64,000 bases of DNA from Sporopachydermia quercuum (Eukaryota). The translations under genes were made by a program, and so were the position numbers. Each line of letters begins with the position of its first letter. The first letter of the stretch is position 1. A model generated the notes under the pieces. The model did no database searches. It was not told where the DNA came from and worked only from the letters and a program-made list of their open reading frames with translations. The stretch covers positions 186,001-250,000 of the forward strand of contig BCGN01000011.1 of the NCBI GenBank assembly GCA_001599295.1, read 5' to 3'. Below, piece after piece: positions 38,761 through 51,360 of this stretch.

Positions 38761-40362
38761 TTAGAGGATTCCAGCAATTAGTTGGTCAATATCATGAATT
38801 AGATTTTGTCCAAATGATTCAATGTCACCCAAAGCTTTGTGACCAGCACTGACTAAATTTTTGATTTTGTTATCCTTCTTGTCTTCAGAATCACCATCAG
38901 AATCGGCAGACCAGAACTCAGAAATATTTTGTCCTCCACCATTGAAAACAAGAACATTAGGTGTATCTTCTGGTAAGTCACTCAAGACACCGGGTGTACC
39001 ATAAGCAATTAAATTNTTCTTAAGTTGAGCTGGTGAAATGGATCCTTTAGTTGAAAACTCAGAATCACTAGATGGTTGTAAAGATAGATAGTATGCAAGT
39101 AATCCACAAACATGGGGGGAAGCCATGGAAGTTCCAGACAAAATGGCAGTGGCGGATTCAGAACCAATATAAGTGGACAAAATGTTTAAACCAGGTGCAA
39201 AGATATCGACACACTTGCCATAATTAGAGAAATATGCTCTATCATCAGACAAAGTGGAAGCACCTACAGTGATAGCATTAGCAGCTGCAGCCGGAGAATA
39301 ATTACAAGCATCAGCATTGTCATTTCCAGCGGCAACAGCGAAATGAACACCAGCCTTAACGGCCGCATTGACAGCTAGATCTAAAGCAGGAGATTTCCCG
39401 CCACCTAAAGACATATTAGCAGTCGAACCCTTAAAGTTCTTACCACTTTCAGATTCCTTTTTGTGAGCAGCAACAGTCCATTCAACACCCTTGACAACGT
39501 CAGACATCGAACCAGATCCATTAGATTTCAAAACCTTGACCGCAACAAGCTTGGCCTTTTTCGCGATACCATATGTTTTTCCAGCAATAGTACCAGAACA
39601 GTGGGAACCATGTCCATTTCCATCGACGTCCTCATCATCAGCAGGGATAGTTTTTCCCCAATGTGCTCTTCCTTCGAAATCTTTATGCTCAATATTGATA
39701 CCAGTATCTACGACATAAGCAGTGACACCATCTCCACCTTCATTGTCGTACAAATACTTATTGAAAGATCCAAGGTTCAATGGGGCTCTGTGAGACACTC
39801 TAGCAAGACCCCAGGGAGCATCTATCTCTGTGGCGAAGTCAGATGCAGTAACTTCAGAGTCATGCTCAACAAAAGCAACATCAGGATGAGATCTGATAAT
39901 GTCAATTGTGGAAGGTAAAAACTTTCCCGAATAGCCAATTAGGTTATCATTGATGTTGAAGAAATCCTTAACACCACTAAATGAACCATCAGACAAGAAT
40001 TCATGATCAGGGGTAACATCACGAAGCATTGCGATGGCATCATTATGGACAGTCTCAATCCATTGCTTATGGAAATCAATTTGAGATTTCTCAAGGTTAC
40101 TCTTCAAAACAATGATGAATGAATCTTTGATCACTCTGTTTGCGGCAGTTTCTGATGTAACCAATGGGGCGCCTTGTTCGGGTAATCCAAGTCTAGCTTG
40201 CTCTTTGTCTAAACTATGGTGCTCGTCTTTTGATGTTCTGATATCGATATCAGAAAAAATATCAGCAATTTCTTGAGCATTATTTTCATCAATTGTTGGA
40301 ATAACCAATGCAGCGGCTACGCTAGCAAGAGCGGTCACAGAAAGAGCAGTAGAGTACTTCAT
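38761..40362 (-). CDS. PRB1: Vacuolar subtilisin-like protease B (cerevisin); start at ATG 40362
   Basis: Signal peptide MKYSTALSV, I9 propeptide, APWGLARVSHR, catalytic DTG / HGSH / GTSMASPH. Confidence 0.95.
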   Translation of the reverse strand: MKYSTALSVTALASVAAALVIPTIDENNAQEIADIFSDIDIRTSKDEHHSLDKEQARLGLPEQGAPLVTSETAANRVIKDSFIIVLKSNLEKSQIDFHKQWIETVHNDAIAMLRDVTPDHEFLSDGSFSGVKDFFNINDNLIGYSGKFLPSTIDIIRSHPDVAFVEHDSEVTASDFATEIDAPWGLARVSHRAPLNLGSFNKYLYDNEGGDGVTAYVVDTGINIEHKDFEGRAHWGKTIPADDEDVDGNGHGSHCSGTIAGKTYGIAKKAKLVAVKVLKSNGSGSMSDVVKGVEWTVAAHKKESESGKNFKGSTANMSLGGGKSPALDLAVNAAVKAGVHFAVAAGNDNADACNYSPAAAANAITVGASTLSDDRAYFSNYGKCVDIFAPGLNILSTYIGSESATAILSGTSMASPHVCGLLAYYLSLQPSSDSEFSTKGSISPAQLKXNLIAYGTPGVLSDLPEDTPNVLVFNGGGQNISEFWSADSDGDSEDKKDNKIKNLVSAGHKALGDIESFGQNLIHDIDQLIAGIL

Positions 40363-40579
40363 TTTAATTCCTCTTGGAGGCAAACTAATAAAAAGGGATG
40401 TCTAAGAAAATAAAGAATCCCACAATTCGAAGAGAAATAGTAGTTCAATTATATAATAAGTAAATTTCAGTAGAAATCGAAGATAGGTGTCTGATTATTT
40501 ATAAGAATTAACAAGTAGTTTGATAGTTGAATTAAAGGCTATCACAAGATGTGATGAAGAGGAAGAAAGAGAGGCACTT

Positions 40580-40741
40580 GATAAGAAAGTATGAGATAAG
40601 AAATCCAGAGCAAGTATTTTAAGGAGGGGGTTTCCAATTAAAGGTTATAGTCATTCCGTANTACATGTGATAATATAACACGTAAACTTAATTTGTAGTA
40701 AATTGAACTATATTATATGGTGAACTAAACTGACTGATAAG
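40580..40741. promoter_or_regulatory. GATAAG cluster (Gln3/Gat1-type) and an AGGGG STRE-like site upstream of PRB1
   Basis: GATAAG at 40580, 40595 and 40736; AGGGG near 40625; consistent with starvation induction of vacuolar proteases. Confidence 0.4.
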
Positions 40742-41618
40742 TGATTTATCAGTAGCATTCAGCGTGACTTAATGTGACAGAAGAATTCTGAAGCGGCCCA
40801 ATGTCTCGCGTATGTGGTATGACAAACATGCTATTAAATTGCTGCCAGAGAGGATAAGGAACGATCAATGAAATACAAGAGAATTGTCTTGCAGTACAGA
40901 ATATGTGGAAAGAAAGTTTGTTAATTACTTCATATTCACAGCTCATTATTGTATAAACCGCAAGTAAAGTCGTAATTAAAATACAAGACTGAAAAATAGA
41001 GAACAATGACTTGATTAACTTGATTAGAAATAAACGTAAAACGTATGAGACTGATTTACATAATAGTAGATAAGGGCTGGCCACCATTTGTATGATGATG
41101 TATATGTTGGGAATGCCATAAAAAAAAAAAAAACTCGAGNTTATCGTAACTGGATTGGAAGCATACAAAGAAGTTAACGCCACAGTTACATTTGCTTCAT
41201 TAAGGACAGTTTCATACAAGTAGATTGATGCCATTGATTTCTATTCTTTTGGGTTACTTACGTTATTGTAATCGGATCAGAAGGCAAGCATCATTATGCA
41301 TGACATTAGGACATTTCACGGATCAGACAGACGTTGGGACTAGAGACAAATGAAGGATGGAAATCGTATCACATGTATTAAGACCTCTAATGAGACAGAG
41401 ACAGTTGTTGATAACGTAATCAACAAAGGTGTTTTTCTCTGATAAGTAGAAAAGGATCTATGTATTACAAAAAAATTCTTTCTATGCGAACTGCGAACAA
41501 TCGACAGTTTACAGGTGAGATTCTTTTTTAGGATTTCTTCGATATGAAATCAATGAATTAATGGAAAAATAGTGTTTAAAGAAGAAGGCTAAAAGATCAG
41601 TATCTAATCACCATCAAA

Positions 41619-42577
41619 ATGAGACAAAAAAGGGCAAAGAATTACAGGAAGCAAATGTCCACATATCATATGACATTCAAGTTTCGAGAGCCTTACCAAG
41701 TAATATTTGATGACCAAGTAGTTGAAGAGGCTTTGAAATGTAGCTTTGACCTTCTAAAAGGTGTTAAAAGAACAATACAAGGTGAATTTAAGCCAAGTAT
41801 GTTATTTTCGAACTCTTTTGGCTCGCATTGTGACTTACCTTATATTAACTTACTCTCCTAGTGATTACTCAATGTGCTATGCAAGCGCTTTATAAGAAGG
41901 ATAATCAATCTGCAATTTCTCTTGCTAAAACATTTGAAAGACGAAGATGTAACCATCAACCATCAGATCCATTACATCCTTCTCAGTGTATTCATGCCAT
42001 TACTAATATTGATGGAACCAACAAACATCGTTACATCGTAGCTACACAAGATATGCGTCTAAGAAAGCGACTAAGAAGTATTCCAGGTGTTCCATTGATT
42101 TATATGTACAGATCTGTGATGTTAATGGAACCAATTAGTCCAATTACAGCGAAAGTTAGAGATGACGTCGAAGAAGGGAAATTGACCAGTGGGTTAAACG
42201 CTATAAACGGACAATTAAAACGACCAAATGACGAAGACAATGAAGATCAAAAGCCAAAGAAGAAGCGAAAAGGACCGAAAGAACCCAATCCTTTGAGTGT
42301 TAAAAGAGCTAAGAAGAAAGACGAAGAAGAACAAGAGAGTAAGGGAGATGCAGATGAAACTAATGGACAGAATGAACAACGAACAAAAAGTATTAGAAGG
42401 AAAAGATCTCATAAGAAAAGTCAACCTAAAAGCGTTAACGAAGAAAGATTGCAACTGATAAGTGAAGAATCACAGAGAAGCGANATAACTCAGAAGGAAA
42501 AGAAAAACATTGATATCGATAATTGTTCACTCGAGTCTGGTTGGAATGAGGAGATAGCAACCACTGAGGCATCTTGA
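41619..42577 (+). CDS. UTP23: SSU processome PIN-domain protein Utp23; intron 41797-41861
   Basis: MRQKRAKNYRKQM, FREPYQV, splice restores KP-MITQC, FERRRCNH, NKHRYIVATQD, KGPKEPNPLSVK. Confidence 0.96.
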
Positions 42578-43179
42578 ACAAAGATAAAATTCATAGATAA
42601 TAAAAGTAAAAATATATATTATGTATTAGCTAACCTTCAGGATGTCGAATTGATTTTTTCTTTATATCACATAAAAGTATTTTAGAGCATTAAAGTCAAT
42701 TTTTTATTTGTTCGAATGCTTTATTGGTCTGGATATGAATAATGTAGGGCATACATACCTTTCGTCTCCTCTCACATAGTGAGATCACGTGAACATTCAC
42801 TTTCTTTGCTGAATTGACTGAGTGAAATTTTATGGAGAACCTTCTTCCAATTCTTATATTTCTCTATTTATGTTTGACTCAAGAGTTATAATACTAATAA
42901 CTAGTGTTGTACCGACCTGATCAAAGCAGAACAAATATTCGAATACAAATAAGGGATATAGGTCTCACTCCATTAGGATTATTTGTTAGCTATTGTGATC
43001 TCGTTAAGATTGTAGGTATGAACAATAACCTAGAGTACCACCAAGCATTTAGTCCCTTTCATTCTGTTAAGTGAATGCGAAGTATAAATTAAAGGTTTGG
43101 TTCGATTGAATATTTAACAAAAGATCCTAATTTATAGTATCATTAGTGACAATATTGAGGAGCAATTTACACATTCAGT

Positions 43180-43920
43180 ATGACCATTAAGTTTGCTGCG
43201 TCGAATCAAAAAGCGGTACAAAAATCTTGTCTAGCTTTGCGTAAAACTGCGATATCTCACGGCAATAGACATATTGGCACTCAATCAGGCAATCCCCTTT
43301 ACAGAGAAAAGGCAACAGATATAAGACCAGGACTTAGTGCAACACAGGATGATAGAAGACGTATACGGACACAGCAACGGTATTCTCCTAGAGATCTGTT
43401 GGATGCGGTTATTTCTGAAAATGCAGCCGCTGAATCCATAGATGTACTGCCAATAGTAAAGGACCCGGTAAGGTTATTTTCTAAACTAGACTGGCTACAA
43501 CAGAGTCAAGTCATAGATTATGTTAGGCAGGAACTTAAGAAAGATTGGAGTAAAGTGTCTGATGATGTAAAGAGGACTGCGTATGTCATCAATTTTGGAA
43601 ATTGGGGTCCAAGGAAAGATTCTTCTCCTGACGAAGAATTCAATGTTCTAGCGAAAGCTGCACCGCCTACGAATAAACACCAAATAGTCAATGAGTTAAA
43701 GCTAGAAAGAAAAGTCTCTAAGGAATCCAATAAGTCACAATCAAAAGACATTTACAGCATCTTCTTGGGAGTTTTTATTGTGATAATAAGTTTATTCGGG
43801 TTTGGGAAAGATTACGTTTCAAATACTACGGAAACTGTTGAGTTAATGAAAAGAGTTAATAAATTAAAAATTGAAGATGAAAAAAATGAGGCAAGACAAC
43901 AGAAGAATGGTATGAATTGA
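43180..43920 (+). CDS. MTC3: Mitochondrial COX IV-family-like protein (Mtc3-like)
   Basis: DWSKVS..VKR.AY.I.FG.WGPR plus one C-terminal TM helix. Confidence 0.65.
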   Translation: MTIKFAASNQKAVQKSCLALRKTAISHGNRHIGTQSGNPLYREKATDIRPGLSATQDDRRRIRTQQRYSPRDLLDAVISENAAAESIDVLPIVKDPVRLFSKLDWLQQSQVIDYVRQELKKDWSKVSDDVKRTAYVINFGNWGPRKDSSPDEEFNVLAKAAPPTNKHQIVNELKLERKVSKESNKSQSKDIYSIFLGVFIVIISLFGFGKDYVSNTTETVELMKRVNKLKIEDEKNEARQQKNGMN

Positions 43921-44334
43921 TCGTTTTTCATGAAGATATTACTATTGGTCAATAAGAATTAGCATGGTATGTATATATGAATGAATAAACCATTTGTGAA
44001 TTTGGGGAGAAAGTTCCTGATTTTTTGTTGTAGAAAGCTTGCCAAATTCAATAAACCAGAATGTAAATAGTATTCAGAAGGACCAAAATCCAATAAAGTA
44101 CTTGTGATTAACTCAATTAAGTTAGTTCTCTGGAAGTATATGATGACAGGGTTTTCACTCACGGCAATAATCTCCCAATATTACAGAATATTTGGATTTA
44201 TTATTTGTTTTCATCTAAGTCAAACAGTGACTCTATTCTCTGTAGTTAATGTAACCTTCATCACCTTCATCACCTTCATCACCTTCAAACAAGTGACACA
44301 GTAGCTCTACTGCATCCTACCTTCAAACGAAGCA

Positions 44335-44876
44335 TCACTCTTCCCAACTTTTTTCCACCGTTTCCCGCACTTTCTTAATATACTGGCTTCTGTGGTCTTT
44401 ATATAAATTTGCAGCTTCAACATTGGCTGGACTCGAAGTATTTGGATCATTCAGCAGACTCTGAATAGAGGTGAGAATGCTAGCCACGTCATATGTAGGA
44501 CTCCATCGATTTTGTAAAATATCTAAACATAAGTCACCAGATTTATAAACATTTGGATGAAACATTGNTGATATAAACTTCACTGTTGGTGGTGTATTGG
44601 GGTACTGTTCATCGAAGTTCAAAACCAGACGGAAAGTCCCGTCTTCGAACGGAGTATCCGCTGGCCCAATGATCACGGCATTCCAAACCATCACATTGTC
44701 AGCTACGGGTGACGCAGAAACTCCGGCTGGTGAGTCCTGCTGTATGCGCTTGAGAAATCTGTTAGTTTGACTTCTTTATGGACATGCATAACATTAACAA
44801 AACATTAAATTGTCAATGAGTTGATCTTACTTACTTTGAAATCCCGCATTAATCTTCTACGCGCTGATGTTGACAT
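44335..44876 (-). CDS. RAD6: Ubiquitin-conjugating enzyme E2 Rad6/Ubc2; exons 44876-44835 and 44748-44335
   Basis: [51 protein letters not shown]; 86-nt intron GTAAGT..ACTAAC..AAG. Confidence 0.97.
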
Positions 44877-45556
44877 TGTTTATTCTCTGTCGATAATACC
44901 AATTATATTGAGCGTCAACTATGTAATAGAAAATTATATTAGTAGTAGGATTCGCCTGAAGCTTACCATATAATAGTAACGTTGAAGGTGTATCAAGAAG
45001 ATATTATTTCCTAAAAATCGTCACAGAATCGTTTCTCATATAATACTTATCATCTGACAGTCAAAAGATAATGATGGCAAGAAAGGTAGTGTATAAAGTT
45101 GCCCCCACCGAAAATAGTTGGTTGATGAGTAAATACCGAACGAGTATGATCCACAAGCGACCTATAAAGAGAGTTTTTCACAGTTTTGTACTTCTTTCTT
45201 TTTATTAGTTTGTATATATTACCTTTTAATCAATAGATTAAAATATTCATCTCATTGTATTNTTTTTGTTGGAATGGTTTGTCTTTAATTTATGCCTCAC
45301 ATTCTCAAGTATAGCAGTAGTTCATCTATCAGGAAACCTCTATATCTTATTCAATCATTGGCTTCACATTTAGAACATTCAGAGCGAACTAAAAGATACA
45401 AAATCATCATAAACTTCAAATCATAGCTCTAATAAACCATTTTAAATAAAACACATTGGATAGGCCTCTTTTCGATAACTCTTTACATACTTAAATAGTA
45501 AGCAATTCAATAATCTTTTTCGTCTCATATATTTATTTGGTAAAAAGTTCAACAAA

Positions 45557-45641
45557 GGTTGTATAGTGTAGTGGCTATCACTCCAGATTTTGATTACTTA
45601 AAAATTTTCTGGTAACCCCGGTTCGATCCCGGGTACGACCT
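45557..45641 (+). tRNA. tRNA-Gln(TTG) with 13-nt intron (45594-45606)
   Basis: Acceptor GGTTGTA/TACGACC, A box TAGTGTAGTGG, anticodon stem CCAGA/TCTGG around TTG, B box GGTTCGATCCC, T-run terminator. Confidence 0.93.
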
Positions 45642-46106
45642 TTTCTTTTTTCTATTTTTTGATAGAGCTATAATTGCACCGTGAGCAATATCATGAGGAA
45701 CAGTAAAATACAATAAAAAAATTACTGTTCTTATCAGTCAGTACTACATGGCACGGCAGTTTCGCCTGTGAGGTAAAAAATACTACAACTTTCAGTCAAA
45801 TTAATGCAGTAAATGAGGAGTGAGGTTATAAAAGATCGTGTTTTATCTAATCCGTTCATGACCTCTCGAATGAGCCCTTCTCTGATGTCTACTGTTGTAT
45901 GGAAAAAAAGTCTTGTTATATGATAATAAACCAATGAACTGAGTTAAAATTATAAAGGAANTCACAAGGTGAGTGAAATAAATATAAGCTGAATCTACAC
46001 AATAATATTCAAATCAGTCCAGAACTTGTATTCCAACAGTATGCTCCATATGAATCCAAAACAATCAAACTAAGATCAAACCCAGTTAACCTTCCCATAA
46101 ATAACC

Positions 46107-46615
46107 TTACCACACATTTTCACTTTCTCCCTTGAATCTGGGCACTCTAACTTGTTCCCAGTCATCGTTGCTTCCTATTTGTTGAAGACGCTATAAAGTA
46201 AAAAGTACCATGTTAGTAGCAGTGAAGAATAATGTAATAGCACAAAAAACACGCAGCACACATACGTAATATTCTTCTTTCATATCAAACTTTCTCCTAT
46301 TTTTACCAAGATCCAATGCTTCCTCTTCAGTCAGCTACAAAATTGTCAGGAGTTAGTATACTAAAATTAGGCACAGACTGGAAATAAATCCAAAATATGT
46401 TAACATACAGTTTTGACTTTGTTGTCGTATCTTTCGTATCGAATTTGAGTGAAATTTGACAACCAATAAGAGCCTAGAACAATCATGGAGCAAAATGGTA
46501 ATCCAAATAACAGAAATGAATGTTTCTTATAATTCTTTTGGTACCAACCACTCCAGGTGTTAGCATGAGCAATCTCCTGAGCTCTGGTTCTAAATTTCTT
46601 CTCAGACAACCTCAT
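46107..46615 (-). CDS. COX16: Cytochrome c oxidase assembly factor Cox16, 119 aa; exons 46615-46409, 46334-46266, 46190-46107
   Basis: FLLFGLPF..MIV.GSY.L..FT.IRYE..D.KV, RRKFDMKEEYY|RLQ, DWEQVRV.R..GESENVW; both introns GTATGT..TACTAAC..TAG. Confidence 0.95.
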
Positions 46616-47302
46616 TATCGGGAACTAGTAATTTAACTAATCAAAATCTTTTCGGAAACAACACCCATAATCAGTCACAGCATCTATTACTAGTAATTTA
46701 TAGCCTATTTGCCAAAAGAAGTCTTCTCAAATGTTTTTGCTTTGTATTGTAAGATTAAGTACGAAGACATCTCTTGCATTTCGAAAGAATATCATGACCT
46801 TCAATTTGCGGAATATTATTCATCACGTGATAATTCTGAGAAGAGACTTTAAGTGAGTTGTATTTTCTATCTCATTAACGTACCCAATATTAGACACTCA
46901 AACGAATATTTGACCTAAAATTCCATTTGTGGATTTACGCAATTTCATGTCCAAATGAGGTATTGTAATGAATGTTATGCACTAACCTCGGCATCAAGCT
47001 AGAAAAGCTAATTGAGATAACCATTCTTTTCCAGAGGTGTGTTACCTTAATTGTTTCGATATGTGATTGATCGGAGTAGAAAAAAGAAACTCCTCGATGC
47101 TATTTTCTATTGTTGAACAAATTACTCCTTTCTTAATGTAGTTTCTCTCCTCAATGTATTCTTTCAATAGATCAGAAGTCACAGATCTAAATTTAGGCAT
47201 CGACGTAGAATTAAGGAGACTAAGTGGCTTACGGATAATCATAAATCAGTGTACTATAATAGAAATATTGGATTGAAAATAAATCGAACTTGCATTCTCA
47301 AA

Positions 47303-48559
47303 ATGACTCAAAGACCTAAGGACTCTAAGTACTATGAAGAAAAGAAGTCAGCTTTACCACCTAGACCTGAACGTTATGAGTTAAACACTTCCTTGAAAGT
47401 GTTCCCATTGAAGGATACAAGTTTGTTCAAACCTCTAAAACTGACTGATACAATTGAACTTAAACACAGAGTTGTTTATCCCCCGCTAACTCGATTCAAG
47501 GCAGCTAATGCAGGCCAAGTTCCTACTCCAGATATGGTTACCTACTATCGTCAGAGATCTCAATATCCAGGATCTTTGATGGTCTTGGAGGGAACTTATA
47601 TTAGTCCGGAAGCTGGTGGATACGATAGAGCTCCGGGTATTTGGTCTCAAGCGCAAGTTGAAGGCTGGAAACCTGTTTTCAAAGCCATTAGAGATAATGG
47701 ATCTTTTTCATTTTTACAATTATGGGCATTAGGAAGGTCTGCTATTCCTTCTAACTTGAAAAAGAAGGACCTTCCTTATGTCTCTGCTTCTGACGTTTAT
47801 GCAGACGATGATGTTAAACAACAAGCAATCAAATGTGGTAATGAATTACGACCTTTAACTATTGAAGAAATAAAATCTTATATCAAAAATTATGCTTTGG
47901 CAGCAAAGCGTGCTATTGAAGCTGGCGCTGATGGGGTAGAGCTTCATGGGGCAAATGCCTATCTTCCTAATCAGTTCCTAGATCCTAATTCAAACAAAAG
48001 AACTGACCAATATGGTGGATCAATCGAAAATAGATGCAGATTTCATCTTGAAATTATTGATGCTCTTATTGAAGCTGTAGGTGCTCAAAGAGTAGCTGTC
48101 AGACTCTCACCTTGGAGTTATTACGGAGGCATGAGACAAAGTGATCCTAGTGTTTTCGCCCATTATGCCTATCTTATTGGAAAGCTAGAAGAAAAAGCGG
48201 TGAAGTATGGTCAAAGATTGGCATTTATTCATCTTGTTGAACCAATGCCTATCAACTACTTCATCAAAGAAGAAGAACAAATCTTTGAGGAATCAAACGA
48301 CTTTATTTATTCTGTATGGAAAGGACCAGTTGTAAGAACAGGGAATTTCCCAGTTCATTATGACAAACTAAAGGAAACTGTTAATGGAAATGACAAGACA
48401 TTAATTGGTGTCGGTCGTTACTACATCTCCAACCCCGATCTAGTTAGTAGATTGGAGAAAGGATTGCCCTTAACCTCTTACTACAGACCTGGTTTCTACG
48501 GCTATACATCTGCAGCTTACTCTGATTATCCAAATTTTGAACAAATTCACAAGTTATAG
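47303..48559 (+). CDS. OYE: Old yellow enzyme (NADPH dehydrogenase); start probably ATG 47303
   Basis: LFKP, PPLTR, YYRQR, QLWALGR, GADGVELHGANAYL.NQF, RTDQYGGSIENR, VRLSP, GRYYISNPDL. Confidence 0.95.
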   Translation: MTQRPKDSKYYEEKKSALPPRPERYELNTSLKVFPLKDTSLFKPLKLTDTIELKHRVVYPPLTRFKAANAGQVPTPDMVTYYRQRSQYPGSLMVLEGTYISPEAGGYDRAPGIWSQAQVEGWKPVFKAIRDNGSFSFLQLWALGRSAIPSNLKKKDLPYVSASDVYADDDVKQQAIKCGNELRPLTIEEIKSYIKNYALAAKRAIEAGADGVELHGANAYLPNQFLDPNSNKRTDQYGGSIENRCRFHLEIIDALIEAVGAQRVAVRLSPWSYYGGMRQSDPSVFAHYAYLIGKLEEKAVKYGQRLAFIHLVEPMPINYFIKEEEQIFEESNDFIYSVWKGPVVRTGNFPVHYDKLKETVNGNDKTLIGVGRYYISNPDLVSRLEKGLPLTSYYRPGFYGYTSAAYSDYPNFEQIHKL

Positions 48560-48752
48560 AATCAATTTGAAATAGAATATAGTCTCGAAAAATTATTTTA
48601 TGGGATTATCTAATCCTATTGTTTTGTAGTCCAATGATTTCATTCCTCCTCTTTAATCCTCAATCACATGATCTAGCCTAGCGTTTTATCTTATCATACA
48701 TATGAAACCTGGTTCTTTTTCCTTTCTTACCCTCGATTATCACCTAGTTGGC

Positions 48753-48758
48753 TGACTC
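48753..48758 (+). promoter_or_regulatory. Gcn4-type TGACTC element upstream of ILV3
   Basis: TGACTC ~400 bp upstream of an amino-acid biosynthesis gene; a CCGGTCCG near 48797 is only a partial Leu3-like site. Confidence 0.3.
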
Positions 48759-49147
48759 CAACTATAACCCAAGCATGCGTCGTACATTGCATAAAACCGG
48801 TCCGATTATTTCCTTTTTTATCACTTTCGCGCTTGTGCATATAAGATACATGTTGCATGCATGGTTTTCCTATTAATTATAGTTTGTATACATATACTTA
48901 CATACTTGTAATCAGATTAACAAGTGAGGTTATTGGCCCATCCCGAGGGTTATGGCTCATTCTTTCATTGGTAAAAATTTTCAGTATAAAGAATTATTAT
49001 AGTCCGGGGATCATGATCATATATTTACCTAATGTGATATTGAGGATAAGATAAGTGTTGATGATATTTACTGTTTTTACTGTCATCATTAGATGCTTAA
49101 AGAACATTAAATTTCATTTCCTCTAACCCCTCATCAATTAATCCATA

Positions 49148-51031
49148 ATGAGTGCACTATTATCAAAAGGATCGAGCCTGAAACTGAAAGCTGTGAGTCG
49201 TTTAAGGTATGTGTATATAGAGTAGTGTTGGTTAATGACTTCTGATGATCAACTATTCCGTTAATCTAACACTATTGTTTTAATTAGTCCTGTTAGCAGA
49301 GCATTTGCTACAACTACATTTAATGCCTCTAAGAATGAAAAAGTTCTGAATAAATATAGTATGCAGATCACTCAGCCTAAGGATCAAGGTGCATCACAAG
49401 CTATGTTGTATGCAACAGGGTTTGAAGATGAGGATTTCAATAAGGCGCAAGTTGGTGTAGGGTCAATTTGGTGGTCAGGTAATCCATGTAATATGCATTT
49501 AAGAGATTTCAATGACAGAGCAGCAGCATCAGTGGAAAAAGCAGGATTAAAGGGTATGCAATTCAACAGTATCGGTGTCTCTGATGGTATTTCTATGGGT
49601 ACTGACGGTATGAGATATTCTTTACAATCAAGAGAAATCATTGCTGACTCTTTTGAGACTATCATGATGGGTCTTCATTATGACGGTAATATTTCCATTC
49701 CTTCATGTGATAAGAATATGCCTGGTGTTTTAATTTCCATGGCCAGAACCAATAAACCATCCATTATGGTGTATGGTGGTACCATCCAACCAGGACACAC
49801 ATGTTCAGGAAATGAAGAGATTGATATCGTATCTGCTTTTCAATCATATGGCCAATATATATCTAAGCAGATTACCGAGGATAAGCGCTCAGACATTATC
49901 CGACATGCTTGTCCAGGACCTGGTTCGTGTGGTGGTATGTACACTGCTAACACTATGGCATCTGCTGCTGAAGTCATGGGTATGACATTACCTGGTTCTT
50001 CTTCTGCACCTGCTACAAGTCAGGAAAAGTTAAATGAATTAGATAACATTGGTGAAGCTATCAAAAATCTTTTGGCTATAGATTTAAAGCCTAAGGAAAT
50101 TATGACCAAGAAAGCATTTGAAAACGCCATTACATATGTCATTGCTACTGGTGGCTCTACCAATGCTGTATTACATTTACTTGCCATTGCACATTCAGCT
50201 GACGTTGATTTGAGTTTAGAAGATTTCCAAAATATCAGTGACAATACCCCTTTCTTAGCTAATTTTAAGCCATCTGGTAAACACGTTTATGCAGACTTAC
50301 AAAAGTACGGTGGAACTCCTGCAGTATTGAAATATTTATATGAAAATGGTTTCATTGATGGTGATCAATACACCGTCACCGGTAAGACTATCAAAGAAAA
50401 CTTAGAAAACGTGCCTAGATTACCAAAGGACAATGACATTATTATGCCTATTTCCAAACCTATCAAACCAAGTGGACATTTACAAATTTTGAGAGGTACT
50501 CTTGCTCCTGGTGGAGCTGTAGGAAAGATTACTGGTAAAGAAGGTACTTATTTCAAGGGTAAAGCTAGAACTTTTGATGACGAAGAATCATTTATTCATG
50601 CTTTGGAAAGAGGTGAAATCAAGAAGGGTGAAAAGACTGTTGTGATCATCAGATATGAGGGACCTAAGGGTGGTCCAGGTATGCCAGAAATGCTGAAACC
50701 ATCATCTGCGCTTATGGGTTATGGTTTAGGTAAGGACGTCGCTCTACTTACTGATGGTAGATTTTCTGGAGGTTCTCACGGTTTTATTATTGGTCATATT
50801 GTTCCTGAAGCCTATGAAGGTGGTCCAATTGGTCTGGTTCACGACGGCGATGAGATTGTTATTGATGCTGAAAGCAATATCATTGATCTTTTAGTTGATG
50901 AATCAGAATTGGCTGAAAGAAAGTCAAAGTGGGTTAAGCCAGCTCCCCGATATACTAGAGGAACTCTTGCCAAATATGCTAAGTTGGTATCGGATGCCAG
51001 TAAAGGTTGTGTCCTTGATGCCAATGAGTAA
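49148..51031 (+). CDS. ILV3: Mitochondrial dihydroxy-acid dehydratase; exon 1 49148-49206, intron 49207-49287
   Basis: Splicing adds presequence [26 protein letters not shown]...[40 protein letters not shown]. Confidence 0.97.
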
Positions 51032-51360
51032 ATTGTCTTCTCCCTTTCTTCCTGTAACATATGATAGTCTTTTGAATAGACATCTCCACTAATTAGGATC
51101 AGAATAACGAATAAATTAATCCTCATGCTTATGCCTCATTCTGTAGAGCTCAAGTTTGCAAGTCATTTATAATGATATGATTAAAGTGTTTATTATAAAA
51201 TAGGTTTATAGATATATAAATTAGATATCGGTGTAAAGCATTAGACTTAGGTATATAGAGTAATCTATAACTGACAATAGCATGTTTAAAAAAGGGAGTT
51301 ATTATAGTAATATAAATGTCCTTCAGGTATCTTTTCGAACCAGATTATTCGTAGAATATA

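Noticed and set aside
40749..41234. 161-aa hydrophobic ORF between PRB1 and UTP23
   Set aside because: Lies in a divergent promoter region, crosses a homopolymer run and an ambiguous base, and has no recognisable family features
51170..51360. AT-rich segment before the mt tRNA-Asp, considered as mt rRNA or intron sequence
   Set aside because: No diagnostic motif could be matched with confidence; left as a possible NUMT extension
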